Shown here piece after piece: positions 39,903 through 51,189 of a stretch of DNA of 64,000 nt. Position numbers and translations under genes: made by a program. The DNA comes from Glaucostegus cemiculus. Its lineage: Eukaryota. Position 1 is the first letter of the stretch; each line of letters opens with the position of its first letter. The notes beneath the pieces are model-generated. The model ran no database searches and had not been told where the DNA came from. It worked only from the letters and a program-made list of their open reading frames with translations. The DNA is taken from assembly GCA_976551045.1 (NCBI GenBank), contig CDPCPM010000370.1, positions 1,674,001-1,738,000 of the forward strand. Reading direction: 5' to 3'.

Positions 39903-40799
39903 TTAAGTAGTTACTTCCCAATAATAGAAAAGATAAATGAATTCGATCACGCCGATATCGTCGGTGCACCAAGGTTACAACTTAAAATCCATTATGGCCT
40001 TCCAGCGTAGAATTCAAGCGAGAGAAAAAAAAACAGATCACGCCGCTCTTCACATCTTTCCGTGGTCCTGGGAGATCTCATGATGATATTGCGAAGTCTC
40101 CATTTTGCCACTCAATGTTTACCACACAGTCAATATTCCCAAATATTAGGACGATAGCAGAGTAGCTCCGTGGTGGATAAAATTGTAGTCAAAATTCCGT
40201 TTTAAAATACAGCTTCTGCAAAAATGACGGCGGAACTACCGTTCATTTTAAACTCCTATCCCTCCGAATTGATATTCAGGAGAGAAATTCTGAGTCGTCT
40301 CTGGCCTGTCTGTTGTTCCACAAAACAGCTGCAGGAATCCGCTTGTTGAAGAACAATTAGCGATCACCTGAAAATACTGTACTTGGCAGCAAAGGTTACA
40401 GCATAAGGAACAGACAATGTTCCTGAAGATATTAACTTCTCCTCTTGCCTTGGCCTTGCTGCACAACAAACATTCAAATCAATCTTTAGTTACACATTAG
40501 GCGTGAGGTGTTTATGACACAATGACACCCGGTTTCAGAAGAAATAATCAATTTGTTTTCAATGGATTCGTTTCTTCCCTTGGCACACTCGTTAAATCTG
40601 TTGGTCCCTACAAGAATTAAACGAGGTCAGGGCATCACGTGAACCATATTCCACATGATCGTGCTCTGCAAGCACAGCCATTGGGTTCCGGTGACGCTGT
40701 ATGACCCGCAGTGATCTAATTTCTTGATCAGACAGCAGCTGTGCTCCAGATACCCGCAACAGTAATTGTTCGAGTCTGTGCAACGCACCCAACACTGAG

Positions 40800-41099
40800 A
40801 CCCTCTTCGCGGCAATACAACGCCCTGTCAGACAGCCGCAGGCCTGAGATAGGATATTTGGTATTTCTTCGCTGACTGCAGGACTCCGTCAGAAAATCGG
40901 TCTCCCGCGAATGAGGCCTGTACTCAAAACCACCGTTGGTGTGCCTCCGAACAACAAACTCGGGCTCTCCACCAGCGTCGGGGGGTACCAGTATAAGTAA
41001 TAACCCGCCTTGACATAGGTGCAGGTTAACGTGACGTATTTCCCCTCTGTGCCTGTTAGCAAGGTCTCCCCTGCGTCACAGAATCTACAGAGGTCAGAC
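40800..41099 (-). pseudogene. TCR alpha/delta V pseudogene (frameshifted)
   Basis: LTSVDSVTQ/TGTEGKYVTLTCTYVKAGYYLYWY/GGEPEFVVRRHTNGG/DRFSDGVLQSAKKY/GLRLSDRALY; RSS CTCAGTG (40799-40793)+23 bp+ACAATTACT. Confidence 0.85.
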
Positions 41100-43348
41100 C
41101 TGGAACACGTTAAGGCGAGCGAGAAATCAACATTACTGTTCAGACTGAACCCAAGTGATTGTCCGTGTACAGAATCCATACATTAATGGCGAAATTCTAT
41201 TTACGTAAGGCCATTATTCTGTTCGTAACGACTAGTCTTTGCCCTGCTGCATATACCTCACAAGCTCCCAGATTTACCCAAATTCCCACGTCGCCTTGTT
41301 CACCTCAGTCCATCACCATATCGTCAAATTCCGTTCCCCCTCGTATTGTTTTCCAGATTCTTATGGTGTGACTCTGCAGACAAGTTTTCTCAAAGAGACA
41401 GCCTTGACAGATCCTTCGTTGGGAATAAGAGCTTAGACGTTGTCCCAGAAGATCCAAGCTCCTTAAAGCTTCTTTCAAAAAATCGTTTAAATATTTTTAA
41501 TGAAATCATGTTCTTTATGGAGACACGGATTATCTACTTTAGCACAAGTATGCTTCAATGAAGAGCAACGGAATTTCAACAAACCATTTGTTCTTTTTAA
41601 AAAGAAATTCCCTCTCCTTGGAACTATGATGGATTGGATACGGCTAACGAAGGTCACCCACATCACAGCGTGGAGAAGAATAGTCAATTTCAATTCCGTT
41701 GCTGTGAGATCTCTGCGTGTCTTGAAAACCTGCATGGTGTCGGTCCTACAGATCTGTGAATATCGATTGAAGCAAAAATCACAAAACATTCCGTCATATA
41801 ATGTAGTTGAACTTAACGGAATTAAAGATCACATGAAAACAAAGTAATATCAAGATAGAATTCAAAAAGTCAGAGCATTACAGCATATTTTCGAAAACCT
41901 TCATATTCACAGGTACCGTACTTTTACCAACATGCAATATGCAGCTTAATGATATAACTTGGGAAAATATTTTGAAACACTAATATTATGGTCACATTCA
42001 CATTTTCGGTACGGAATGAAGTTCACGGCGATTGTACATAAAATGAAAGTCGGCGTACTGACGCATTGTATAAACTTCTCTAAAGCGATTGAGAGTAGAA
42101 TCTGGTTCTAAACAGAGATAGTTGGAGAGAGAGTACTCCATAAAGCGAAGAACGACCTACTCCTCATTAAGAAACGCAACTGTATCACCAACTGAACCTC
42201 AACGTGCAGCTTTGGAATCATGAGCAAATGTGTATTCGAGTAAAAAGAAGCAATGTGTGCACAAAAGCGCTGCTGCCGCCCCTCGAATAACATACGGAAC
42301 ATGGCTAAAAGAGGAACATGTTTTGGAAAAGACATCCCCCAATCACCTTGGTTTATACTTTCACTGGGCCACTGGATGGCGCAATTTTCTTCCCGACCAA
42401 GGCTGCATCAACATGTCCTTTCTCCTGGCTGTTTGGCCAGAAACTGCGTTTCCTCAAAGCAGCTTCCCCCCCCCCCCCTTTCTCCATGCCCTTCAATCAC
42501 CGGTCAGACGCAGAAAGCCCTCCAGGGATATGCTTTACCTCCCGGTTGTTTGGGTTGACAAACTTTCAGATAAGTCATTTGTTTTCCAGTGCCGTATTAT
42601 TGGAAAACATTGAAAGTGTGACTCTCACTGATAAGGATATTCCAGGGAGTCTGCAGGGAAACACAGAAACGTGAAAGTGTGCGAAATACCGTGGAAAATA
42701 CGACACAAGATGCGAAATGGGAAATTGTTCGCTGCGGTTCAAACCAAAGCAGAACATTTATTTGAATAGCGAAGGACAAACATGGATCCCTGTGAGACCC
42801 CATTTGCCACAGTCCGACATGCTGAACGTTTTTCCAGACTCTTTGCTCTCTGTCCCACCCAACGTGCGTTGGAAGGTAGGTAACCGTGATTGCATGTTTG
42901 AGACAAAGGGTGAAAATACAGTCAGCACCTCTTGGGTTGAGGGAGAGCTTGCAATCCCCTTTCGAGCACCTGCCGGTACGTCAACGGGCGAGGGCTAGTT
43001 TCTGTCGTCACTACACTCAGAACAGAGCCATACTCCAGCTGTACTGGGCCAAAGTTCCAACAACGACAAACACCAATTATGGGACCAGTCTTCCGGCTCA
43101 TTGATGTGAATCAAAGGACAGTACTAGCGTACACTGATAGGCAACTCCGACCGCACATTCAGTGTTAGAAGAACGTGGGAGGGGCTTTCACAGCCGGTTC
43201 AAAGACAAGAAGCAAAACCAGAGCGTTAAACAGTCGCTCTAAAAATCTGTCGTGAAAGGTGTCAGCTCAACTCTTGGGTACAGTCTGCCGGAGCGATCCA
43301 GACCGTGAGCTCCCAGCCACACAAGCCAGCTGTCCCGGTCACAAAGCG

Positions 43349-43832
43349 ATGAGAATCCTCTTGGTTTTCATCCTATGCTTCTATTTGCAGCGTGACTACT
43401 GCTCACACATGCAAACCCTGAATGAGTTTAATATTAAATCTGCCCGAACTTTGCCGAATTTCAAACGCTGTCCCGGTTTTAGCCCCGATCTGTGTTTCGC
43501 CTCTGATGCTCATTCACCTCTCCTGTGTTTGATTTCCAGGCTCTTACAATCAGTCGGTGACCCAGACCCCGACAGCAGTGAACATGATGGAGCGTCCGTC
43601 TGTCCCCTTCACCTATCATTTCCAGCCTGGGTCTTATGGTGAATACCGTTGACAAACTGAAAATTCTTCAGGCAGACGCAGGACGAAGCAGAGTGGCAGC
43701 GGATCACCAGCAGAGGACGGTTTTCTGTGCGGATTAGAAAAACAGAGATTATATTTTCGTTGGATAATCGGGATTTGAAAGTTGAAGACAGCGCCACCTA
43801 TTACTGTCAAACTGCGTACAAGTGGCGAGGAA
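43349..43832 (+). pseudogene. NAR-TCR V segment (IgNAR-like V lacking CDR2), pseudogene; leader 43349-43391, V exon 43540-43832
   Basis: Leader MRILLVFILCFYLQ. V exon QSVTQTPTAVNMMERPSVPFTY...(stop and frameshift)...FFRQTQDEAEWQRITSRGRFSVRIRKTEIIFSLDNRDLKVEDSATYYCQTAY has the short NAR-type FR2-to-FR3 region; RSS CACAGTG (43833)+22 bp+TCAAAAACC. Confidence 0.88.
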
Positions 43833-44220
43833 CACAGTGATGGGCCTGGGCTTCCCGAAGTTCAAAAACCTTCAATGCAGTCTCTCCCAGCAACAGATGA
43901 AGGAGCAGAGTGAACCTGCCGGTTAAGGCTACAGTCCCGTCTCGCACCTGCTGCTTCCCTGTCTGAGTAAAAAGATTGGGTTGTTGCAATTAAAATCCTC
44001 GGTCTTCACACTGCCTACTCTGCGCCATGGCGCCGGCTTTCATGACACTAGTGTCAATCAAAGGCTATAGGGAATGAATGAAGCTGGTTCTGTATCCCCC
44101 AACTCCAGATGGGATCCTGTTTGAACAGCTAGAAATTGCAAGCACAGCCGTGAGTGTTTACCTCCTGCAAGCCCGTTTTACCGAGTTCCCGGGGATTTGA
44201 AACTGACATCAGCCATTGTG

Positions 44221-44236
44221 TTTACTTGGGGAAATA
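44221..44236 (+). other. NAR-TCR D segment (TTTACTTGGGGAAATA) with 12/12 RSS
   Basis: 5' CATTGTG (44214-44220) with GGATTTGAA/GGGATTTGA 12-13 bp upstream; 3' CACAGTG (44237-44243)+12 bp+GCAAACAAT. Confidence 0.85.
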
Positions 44237-44608
44237 CACAGTGGAAGAGACCTGAGCAAACAATGCCTCAAGTTAAAATATATATTCTCTGGGTTCGGAA
44301 ACAATGATTATTTGGTGATTTTTCACTCTCTTGTCTTGTTAATTTCATTCTAATTTCCCGCTTCCAGTCATTCTTTGCTTCATCCATTTTCTGTGTTTCT
44401 GAATCGAGCTCAGTCCAATGATCAAGCGCAATTTTACTGACTGGTTGCTTTCTCAGAGGGTACAGATCAATCTGCTGTGGAATTTGTGGAATGTATCATG
44501 TGCTTTCCTGTGACCGCCCAGTCTTCAGAAAGTGTTGATGGTGTTTGCTGCGTAGAATGAGGTGAGGACCGTTCTTGTACCTTGGAGACTGACAACGGGA
44601 TCAGTGTG

Positions 44609-44668
44609 TGTATGAGTGGAAAATTTATTATGAAGATGGAGCTGGAAAGACGTTGACTGTCACAGAAA
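44609..44668 (+). CDS. NAR-TCR J segment (YEWKIYYEDGAGKTLTVTE)
   Basis: CGTTCTTGT (44570-44578)+23 bp+CAGTGTG (44602-44608); IgNAR-like DGAG motif; GTAAGT donor at 44669. Confidence 0.85.
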
Positions 44669-46031
44669 GTAAGTATCAAAAAACCTTGCCAAATTCTACG
44701 CTCTCCACGGGTATCGTCACTGTCATTTCATGTTCGGGTCGATTGACAGCAATTTCCTTTAAGGTGGAGCAGGCGTAATTTCCAAACGGGTATCTGCAAA
44801 GTGGTCCAGAGGTGACGTGGGGAACGGGAGTGGCATCCGGGCGCGTGCCTGGTCTGCGGAGATGTGGAACACATCGGGAGTAGGCGTATTAGGGCTGCTT
44901 ATGTGGTGGTGTTGTCAGCGATACCCGCAGCTCAGAAGATTAATAAATATGAAAATATAAACAGACGCACCTGAACAGAAGGGTGCAGACTAAGAATAAC
45001 GGGTTAATTCACAAAACGTGAAGGTGGTTTTCTAGTTCACAGGAAGCTCTTTTTGAGGTGTGGGGCAGATGTACTGGTGTCAGTGTTGTTCACAGCGCAG
45101 CCAGATTGACTGGAGGTGGGTGGAGATGTCATGATGGTTATGAACCTGTGGAATGGGTGAACACTCACTAGGCATTAGCGGACTGAGTGGTAATCCCTTT
45201 ATTATTTAAAATCTGCAGCAGGGAAGTAATTGGCGAGCTTCTCAGCTGTGAGTCAGTCCGAAACCTCTTGTAGAAAGGGCAGAGACTGAACCCAACCGGC
45301 AACTGACAGACTGTGAGAACGGTTCTCTGCAGGGCAAAGTCTGAACCGCAGGCAGAAAAATGAGAGCGACCGATAGGCGGAATAATCATGAAACCAACTG
45401 TATCTTATTGAAATGAAACTAAGATGAAGAAATTCATATTCCATTGATTTTTTTTAGGAAAAGCGAAAATTGCAGTAGTTTTTTGTCGGCATATGTTAAA
45501 GAACTCTTGAAGGTGAACCCTTGCTCCACAGATGATCAGTGTCTGCTGGAGTCATTCATTGATTTGTTTCAGATCTTGCAATGCACTGGGCTACAACAAC
45601 AACAACAACAAAAGAACATGTCTGGAAGTGTTTTCCATCACTAAGAAGAAAACATGCTGAGGACAATATTTCTTCTTATTTGACCTTCATTACGAGACAT
45701 GATAACAGCTGTTGAAAAATAAATGACAGAGATTTGCAGAACAGAGATATGTAATTCCGCCAATTGTCCGAGTTCCTTCTCTGAATCGGTCCACCTTTTT
45801 AACTTCATGTCGCTTCAATTTTCTCCAGATTCGTTTCAATAATTGCAGCTTTCCCCCATTGGTCATATGTCATTGAGTTCCGTAACAGTAATTCGAGAGA
45901 ATCATTGACAATAGTTTGCCAAAATTTCAAATGAAGCAAAGCGTGTGAAAACGAAATCTCTTCTTTTTTGCGATGCTTTTGCATACAATCATTAGGAAAT
46001 CAGCAACAATAATCCTTTTTAATTCTTGCAG

Positions 46032-46324
46032 GTCCCATTTCCCCGGGGTCTCAGAGTCTTATTTCTCAAACTTCTGCAGGCGAAACAGTCACTTTGAGCT
46101 GCAAATATTCCGGGTTTTGTCCATACACTCTGTACTGGTAACGTCAGTTCGCAGCCCAGGTCCTGATATTCCTGGGACAGAGACACACTTCAGGAGAGCA
46201 GGATACAGGAAAGGCGGCTGAAGGACGAATTTTTGCGATCCTTGATCCTGGAAAGAAAAACTGCCAATTAACAATTAACCGAGCGATGCGGCTGTGTATC
46301 ACTGTGCACTAAGTTCACGCACAA
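46032..46324 (+). pseudogene. TRDV: Leaderless NAR-TCR supporting V-delta, pseudogene
   Basis: Acceptor TTGCAG at 46031 in phase 1, matching the J donor. ...AGETVTLSCKYSGFCPYTLYW*RQ...QRHTSGEQD...EGRIFAILDPGKKNCQLTI/SDAAVYHCALS has the extra Cys in CDR1; RSS CACAGTG (46325)+23 bp+ATAAATACA. Confidence 0.88.
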
Positions 46325-46500
46325 CACAGTGATACAGCACATAGGGTGAACTATATAAATACACCAGTTCGGTGGATTAGAGACACTCAGCGCCGCACAG
46401 CTAATGGAGAGCTGTACAAAAACTCAGTATGTTGGATCAAGCACACACGCCACTGTAGAACACCGAGACAACTGCAAAAACCTCAGTGTGGTGGAGATTA
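46325..46500 (+). repeat. Three tandem ~60-bp units, each a 23-RSS-like element
   Basis: CACAGTG-23-ATAAATACA (46325), CTCAGCG-23-ACAAAAACT (46386), CACACGC-23-GCAAAAACC (46444); each is followed by a related CAGT..G.TGGA tail. Confidence 0.7.
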
Positions 46501-47876
46501 TTGCATAGCGTGGAGACAGAAGGAAGAGAAAGAGATTACAGCATTAACCACATTTGTTCTAAAAGTGACAGTACAGTTAGACGACGGTTAAAACAATCAG
46601 AATCCTTCCATGCAACTGAAGTATAATTGATTCATTTTATGCTACAGTACCAGGGCACCTTATCTATGAAATACGCAGGTTCATATATCATGTAGTGGGA
46701 CGTACTTCAAACACCCGATAAGACACATAGTTCCAATCAGAACAGCCGCCAATTTCTCCGTGAAATATCTGAGTTTCCGTTGATAGGCGCAAATGGTGAT
46801 GATTCGATAGAAGGTGAAATCGATCATTAACCAAACTCAAATGTCTGGAGAACCAGTCAGCAATCTGCAGCGACGGAGAGCCAGTTAATAGGGATATAAA
46901 TCGCCTGAAGCCGGCTTAATATCACAGCGGATAGGATGGTCATGAATTTCGACACCGCCATTAAGTGATGGATTCGGAGAGGCGGCCCTTTCATGGGGAG
47001 AGAATCACAGTCGTCATCACAGTCAGTGAAAGACACAAGGAGAGATCGGAGAAACGAAGGACTGCAGATGCTAGATGAAAATCGGTATGATTCCGAGGAA
47101 CTCAGCAGGCCAGGGAGAATCCGTGGAAAAAAGCAGGCAGTAAATCTTTAGTGTCAAGACATTTCTGAAGGACCAGAGTTCAGAGAACTGCGAATCAGTC
47201 TGCACACATTTATTGGGGCTCTGTGTTGAAATTTGAAAATTGAGTAGTTGACCAAGCAATTGGTAGAAAAGAAATTCACATCTCCTCAATTATTGTGTCC
47301 GTTATATAATTATTGACTCTTTATGTTACATGTCACACTGTACATATCTCTATCGTACATCTCACATGAGGTGATCGCCTTATTTGGAAACAACTTAATG
47401 ATCTAAAGAACTAGCTCTCCTTCACACCGTGCAGATTCTCTGTGATCTTCTGTCTTTTTCGTTAACTTTCTATTCCCTTTCAACTTCCAGCATTTCCAGT
47501 ATTAGTAGTATTTTGTGTTCGTATCGAGGTTTATATGGAAGTGTACCCTTTTACACCAGCCCTTACCTCTGTTCAAATTCCACTAGTTGTGATCATACTC
47601 GGTGAATTCACTCTTTTAAACTAAGTGGTCCAATATTACAAGTGGCAAAGCAGTACTCAGTTCCTATGTAGATGGTGTAGTCATTGCTAAAATGCACCCG
47701 TTCCCTCCGAAAGCTGGTTTAAAGTCTGGTCACATTGCAACTGCGGCCAATGACTCCTCGGACTCTGTTCGTCCATCTTACACCAGGCCTATTCATTGAT
47801 CACTTCACATTCGGCACTGATTTGCTATCGGCTCAGCGTTTACTGTACGAGGATGAAACCAGTTCCCATCACTGTG

Positions 47877-48175
47877 TGAACTGCAGTGTAATACATCGCC
47901 GTATCAGAGAGCCGCAGGGCCGGAATGGTCAATCGATACTCCCTCTTGGACTTCTGGACTGCATCAGCAAACCAACCTTTCGCGAAATCTGCCTGAACTT
48001 CATTGTCGCCGTTTATGCCTCTCTGTACTACAAGCGCCGCCCGTCCGCCTGGATACTGGCGGTAACAGAATAAAGAATAAACATTACTGTCGTAGGTGTA
48101 GGTTAACATAATGTGTTCTCCCTCAGTCCGTGTGAGCGCGAAGTCCCGCTGAGTCACTGAATCTACATCACTCAG
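47877..48175 (-). pseudogene. TCR alpha/delta V pseudogene (paralog of 40800-41099)
   Basis: DSVTQRDFALTRTEGEHIMLTYTYDSNVYSLFCYRQYPGG...LRLSDTAMYY: Cys23->Tyr, Trp41->Cys, an AC insertion shifts Cys104 out of frame, and the expected acceptor is lost. RSS CACAGTG (47876-47870)+23 bp+ACAGTAAAC is intact. Confidence 0.88.
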
Positions 48176-50056
48176 TGTAAAGAGCAACAAATATTTACAA
48201 CTTCCAACTTGAAAGATAATTGGTGGAACAGCTCGCAGGTTCTCCTTAACATAAAAGTAAACAGACCACTTAAAAGAAGTCAATGGCACCTCTCTGTGCC
48301 CTACACCGCTTCCACAACACCTCTTCACTTCCAATCAGCTGGTCGAGATTCCCTTCTCTCGCTGAGGTCATCGTTTTCATGGAACGCACATTATTCTTCT
48401 TCACTACTCCATGGAGAGTTACACCTTCTTGACTTACTTAAATGAAGAAGTTTTTCTTGACTGTGTCGTCGAATTTGTCAGCGACCACAGATCTGATGCT
48501 CCTGCTCATCTGATGTAAATATCACAGAGGTGGCGTGTTCTCTCCAAGTCCATTCTATCGGAAACCTTATAATACGATTGTTCTCTCTGGCCATTCTTCT
48601 TATGAGGAAATATCACACCCCCATTGTATATTTCCTTCTGCTTACAACATCGTATATTTCTTACGTAAGAGTTGTTTAACATTTATTTACTCTGAGATTA
48701 TACGTCTGGGCAGCTGGAATGTCCGCTGTACCCTGGGACGTTGGTGAACACTTAATCTCTTTTGTCTCCTTACCATTGATTGTCACACAGCGCGCAGCGA
48801 TTGCATGGAGTCTCATTTTGCTGCTCCCAACAGCCAGAACAATGACTGTCTCAACGATCTGGGGGTCATGAATCAGAGGGCGAAGAGGGGCCACTGGGAT
48901 GGTACAACGTCACTTGCTGAGGAACACCAATCAGAAAGGTGTAGCTCCGACTTTGGTTGGTTAATTCTGGGTCCCTTCTGGAGATCAAGTCACGTTTTGA
49001 TTTCATATAATTCAGACCGTAAATTTGGTGGTTAAAAGAGAAGGTCTCAAAAAGAACGAAAGCATCGAGACCAGTTCTCAAAGACAGGAGAGACATGTTG
49101 ACATCCAGAAATTTAGAATTATTTTCATTTTTATCGATAATTTAATATTTGTTGCTTTTTAAATATATGGTATTGGGTTAGTTTTATCATTATATTATAT
49201 AATACAATTAATTTAAATTTATAAAAAAAAAAAAACGATAATTTATGGATAATAATTATCTCTTTTTTAAAATTAAGCCACATCCTGATATTCCACAACG
49301 CTTTGACAGTTGCTTTTGTTTCGCTTCTGGTGGCTGCACTCTGTTCATATTGATCTGGTATGTATTACACAGGCGAATTTTTTGCATGAAAGAAGAATAA
49401 ATGATGCGAAGAATGAACTCTCCTTGACACTGTACAGATGTCGCCTGGTTCTGTGAGCTTATCATTCACTTTCAAGTTCTTTTTGATATGTCCAACATTT
49501 GCGGTATTTTGCCTTTGTATCAGGATATATGTTAAAATGCACCCTAACACTACAGCCACTGCTTCTGCCCATGTTGTATCTTCCGTGCACAGGCAGGATT
49601 AATTCGCTGCTTTAAATTAAATTAACCCATGTCACAGCAAGTACAGCGACAGTATCCTACTCCTGTTTAAACATGCCGCAGTCGCTGCTGAAATCCACCG
49701 CTCGCTCCTAAACCATGTCCAGACTCTCACCATCTTTCAACAACGACTGTAAAGCCAGGCCTGGGGACTGCTCCAATTACTCAAAAACCTGAGAGACAAC
49801 TTGATATTCAGACAGGTAGGTCTGAATATCAAATTTTGTCAGAGAGATTTTGTCAGAGGGAGATTTTAACCCCACGTTGAGCATGGAGAAACACTGGCCC
49901 TGCAGATGACCGAAGAGACCTCTTCGGCACCAATTACGCTTAATAGCCAGTTCACATGATAAAGGTAAAAACAGAAATAATGGGAACATTCAGCATCTAC
50001 AGCAGCTTCTGCGGAAAAGAACGTCATCGTCTCTGGTCCCGCACTCGTTGGTGCTT

Positions 50057-50072
50057 TGCTGCCATCTGGTGG
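50057..50072 (-). promoter_or_regulatory. CTCF consensus motif CCACCAGATGGCAGCA
   Basis: Matches the CTCF core; about 650 bp upstream of the intact V leader at 50724. Confidence 0.6.
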
Positions 50073-50723
50073 AATTGACTCCCTTTGCTTCCAGACGACT
50101 ATAAATGCAACCCCGGGCACCTTCACAGCCCAACAACCTTGACTCTCAAAATCGATACTCCAACAACGTAATTACTAGGTTTCATGCAGTCACAGACGCC
50201 GAATTATACTGCGCTGGAAGCTGTTTGATGTTTCCAGATTTCTACATCAAAACCATCAAATTCTGGTTTGCCAGAATTCCACCAAAATGAATAAAAACTG
50301 TAATTATCTCCATTGTTGCTCGAGCGATCCGTTTCTCTCCCACTCTACCTGCCGGATCAGTATGATCATAGCAAGCACAGTATGATCACAGAGCAAGCAC
50401 AGTATGATCACAGTCCTCTCTTCGACAACCAAGAATTACCTCCAATTCCACTCACCACTCTGCTGTGCTGCGCAATTTACGTCTACAAGCACGGACTTTG
50501 ACCTATTTTGTTTTGACACTTGAGACCGCCACGCCCACAATTCGTTTCCTGGTCTCTGTTTGTTCGCCTTTTTCTGCCCTGTGTCATTGGTGAGTTGATA
50601 CCGTGAGCTGCTGCTTGTGATTGGTCGGTAAGTAGGGCAGTGAGGACAGAGTATTTCTGCTTCTGCACTGACAGAGCGTTTCCACTCTCTTGCCGCAGAA
50701 ATACAGACTCAGGGAGTGTCATC

Positions 50724-51189
50724 ATGAATAACCGCCTCACGCCGCTGTTCATTATCTTATCACTTTTTGGTAAGATGGGACTTCCCAGTAAAATTCCAGA
50801 CTCTGTGAACCCGTTATTGCGATTGAAAGAATCACGATGTTCGAGGTAATGATTGTGACTGTTCTATTCGTTCTTTCACTTTTAGGCTGGAGCCTTCAAG
50901 ACACAGTAGAACAGTCTGTGGGTGAAATGACGTTCGAAGAGGAAAGTAATATTACTCTGAACTGCACCTTGCAAACAAGCAATGTATTACCAAATGTTTT
51001 CTGGTACAGGCAGGTCCCTCGGGAGCCCCCAATGTACCTGCTTCGGTTTACCGCAGGGACAGAATTCAGAGACAGTGACCTGCCCGGACGATTTTCTTCT
51101 ACCTTCGATAAAACAACAAAATATACCGAGCTAACCATTCGCAAGGCCGTGATCTACGACTCCGCCGTCTACCTCTGCGCCATGACCCC
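50724..51189 (+). CDS. TRAV: Intact TCR alpha/delta V gene segment (leader 50724-50769, V exon 50886-51189)
   Basis: MNNRLTPLFIILSLF/GWSLQDTVEQSVGEMTFEEESNITLNCTLQTSNVLPNVFWYRQVPREPPMYLL...GRFSSTFDKTTKYTELTIRKAVIYDSAVYLCAMT. Cys/Trp/Cys intact, GT-AG intron, RSS CACATTG (51190)+23 bp+ACAAAAACC. Confidence 0.94.

Noticed and set aside
40250-40370. 'VIANCSSTSGFLQLF/WNNRQ...EFL' V-like relic on the minus strand
   Set aside because: Too degenerate; no FR3 end or RSS found.
50358-50413. Short tandem repeat containing CACAGTA, superficially CRISPR- or RSS-like
   Set aside because: A simple ~2.5-copy 21-23-bp duplication with no spacers or nonamers, in vertebrate DNA.
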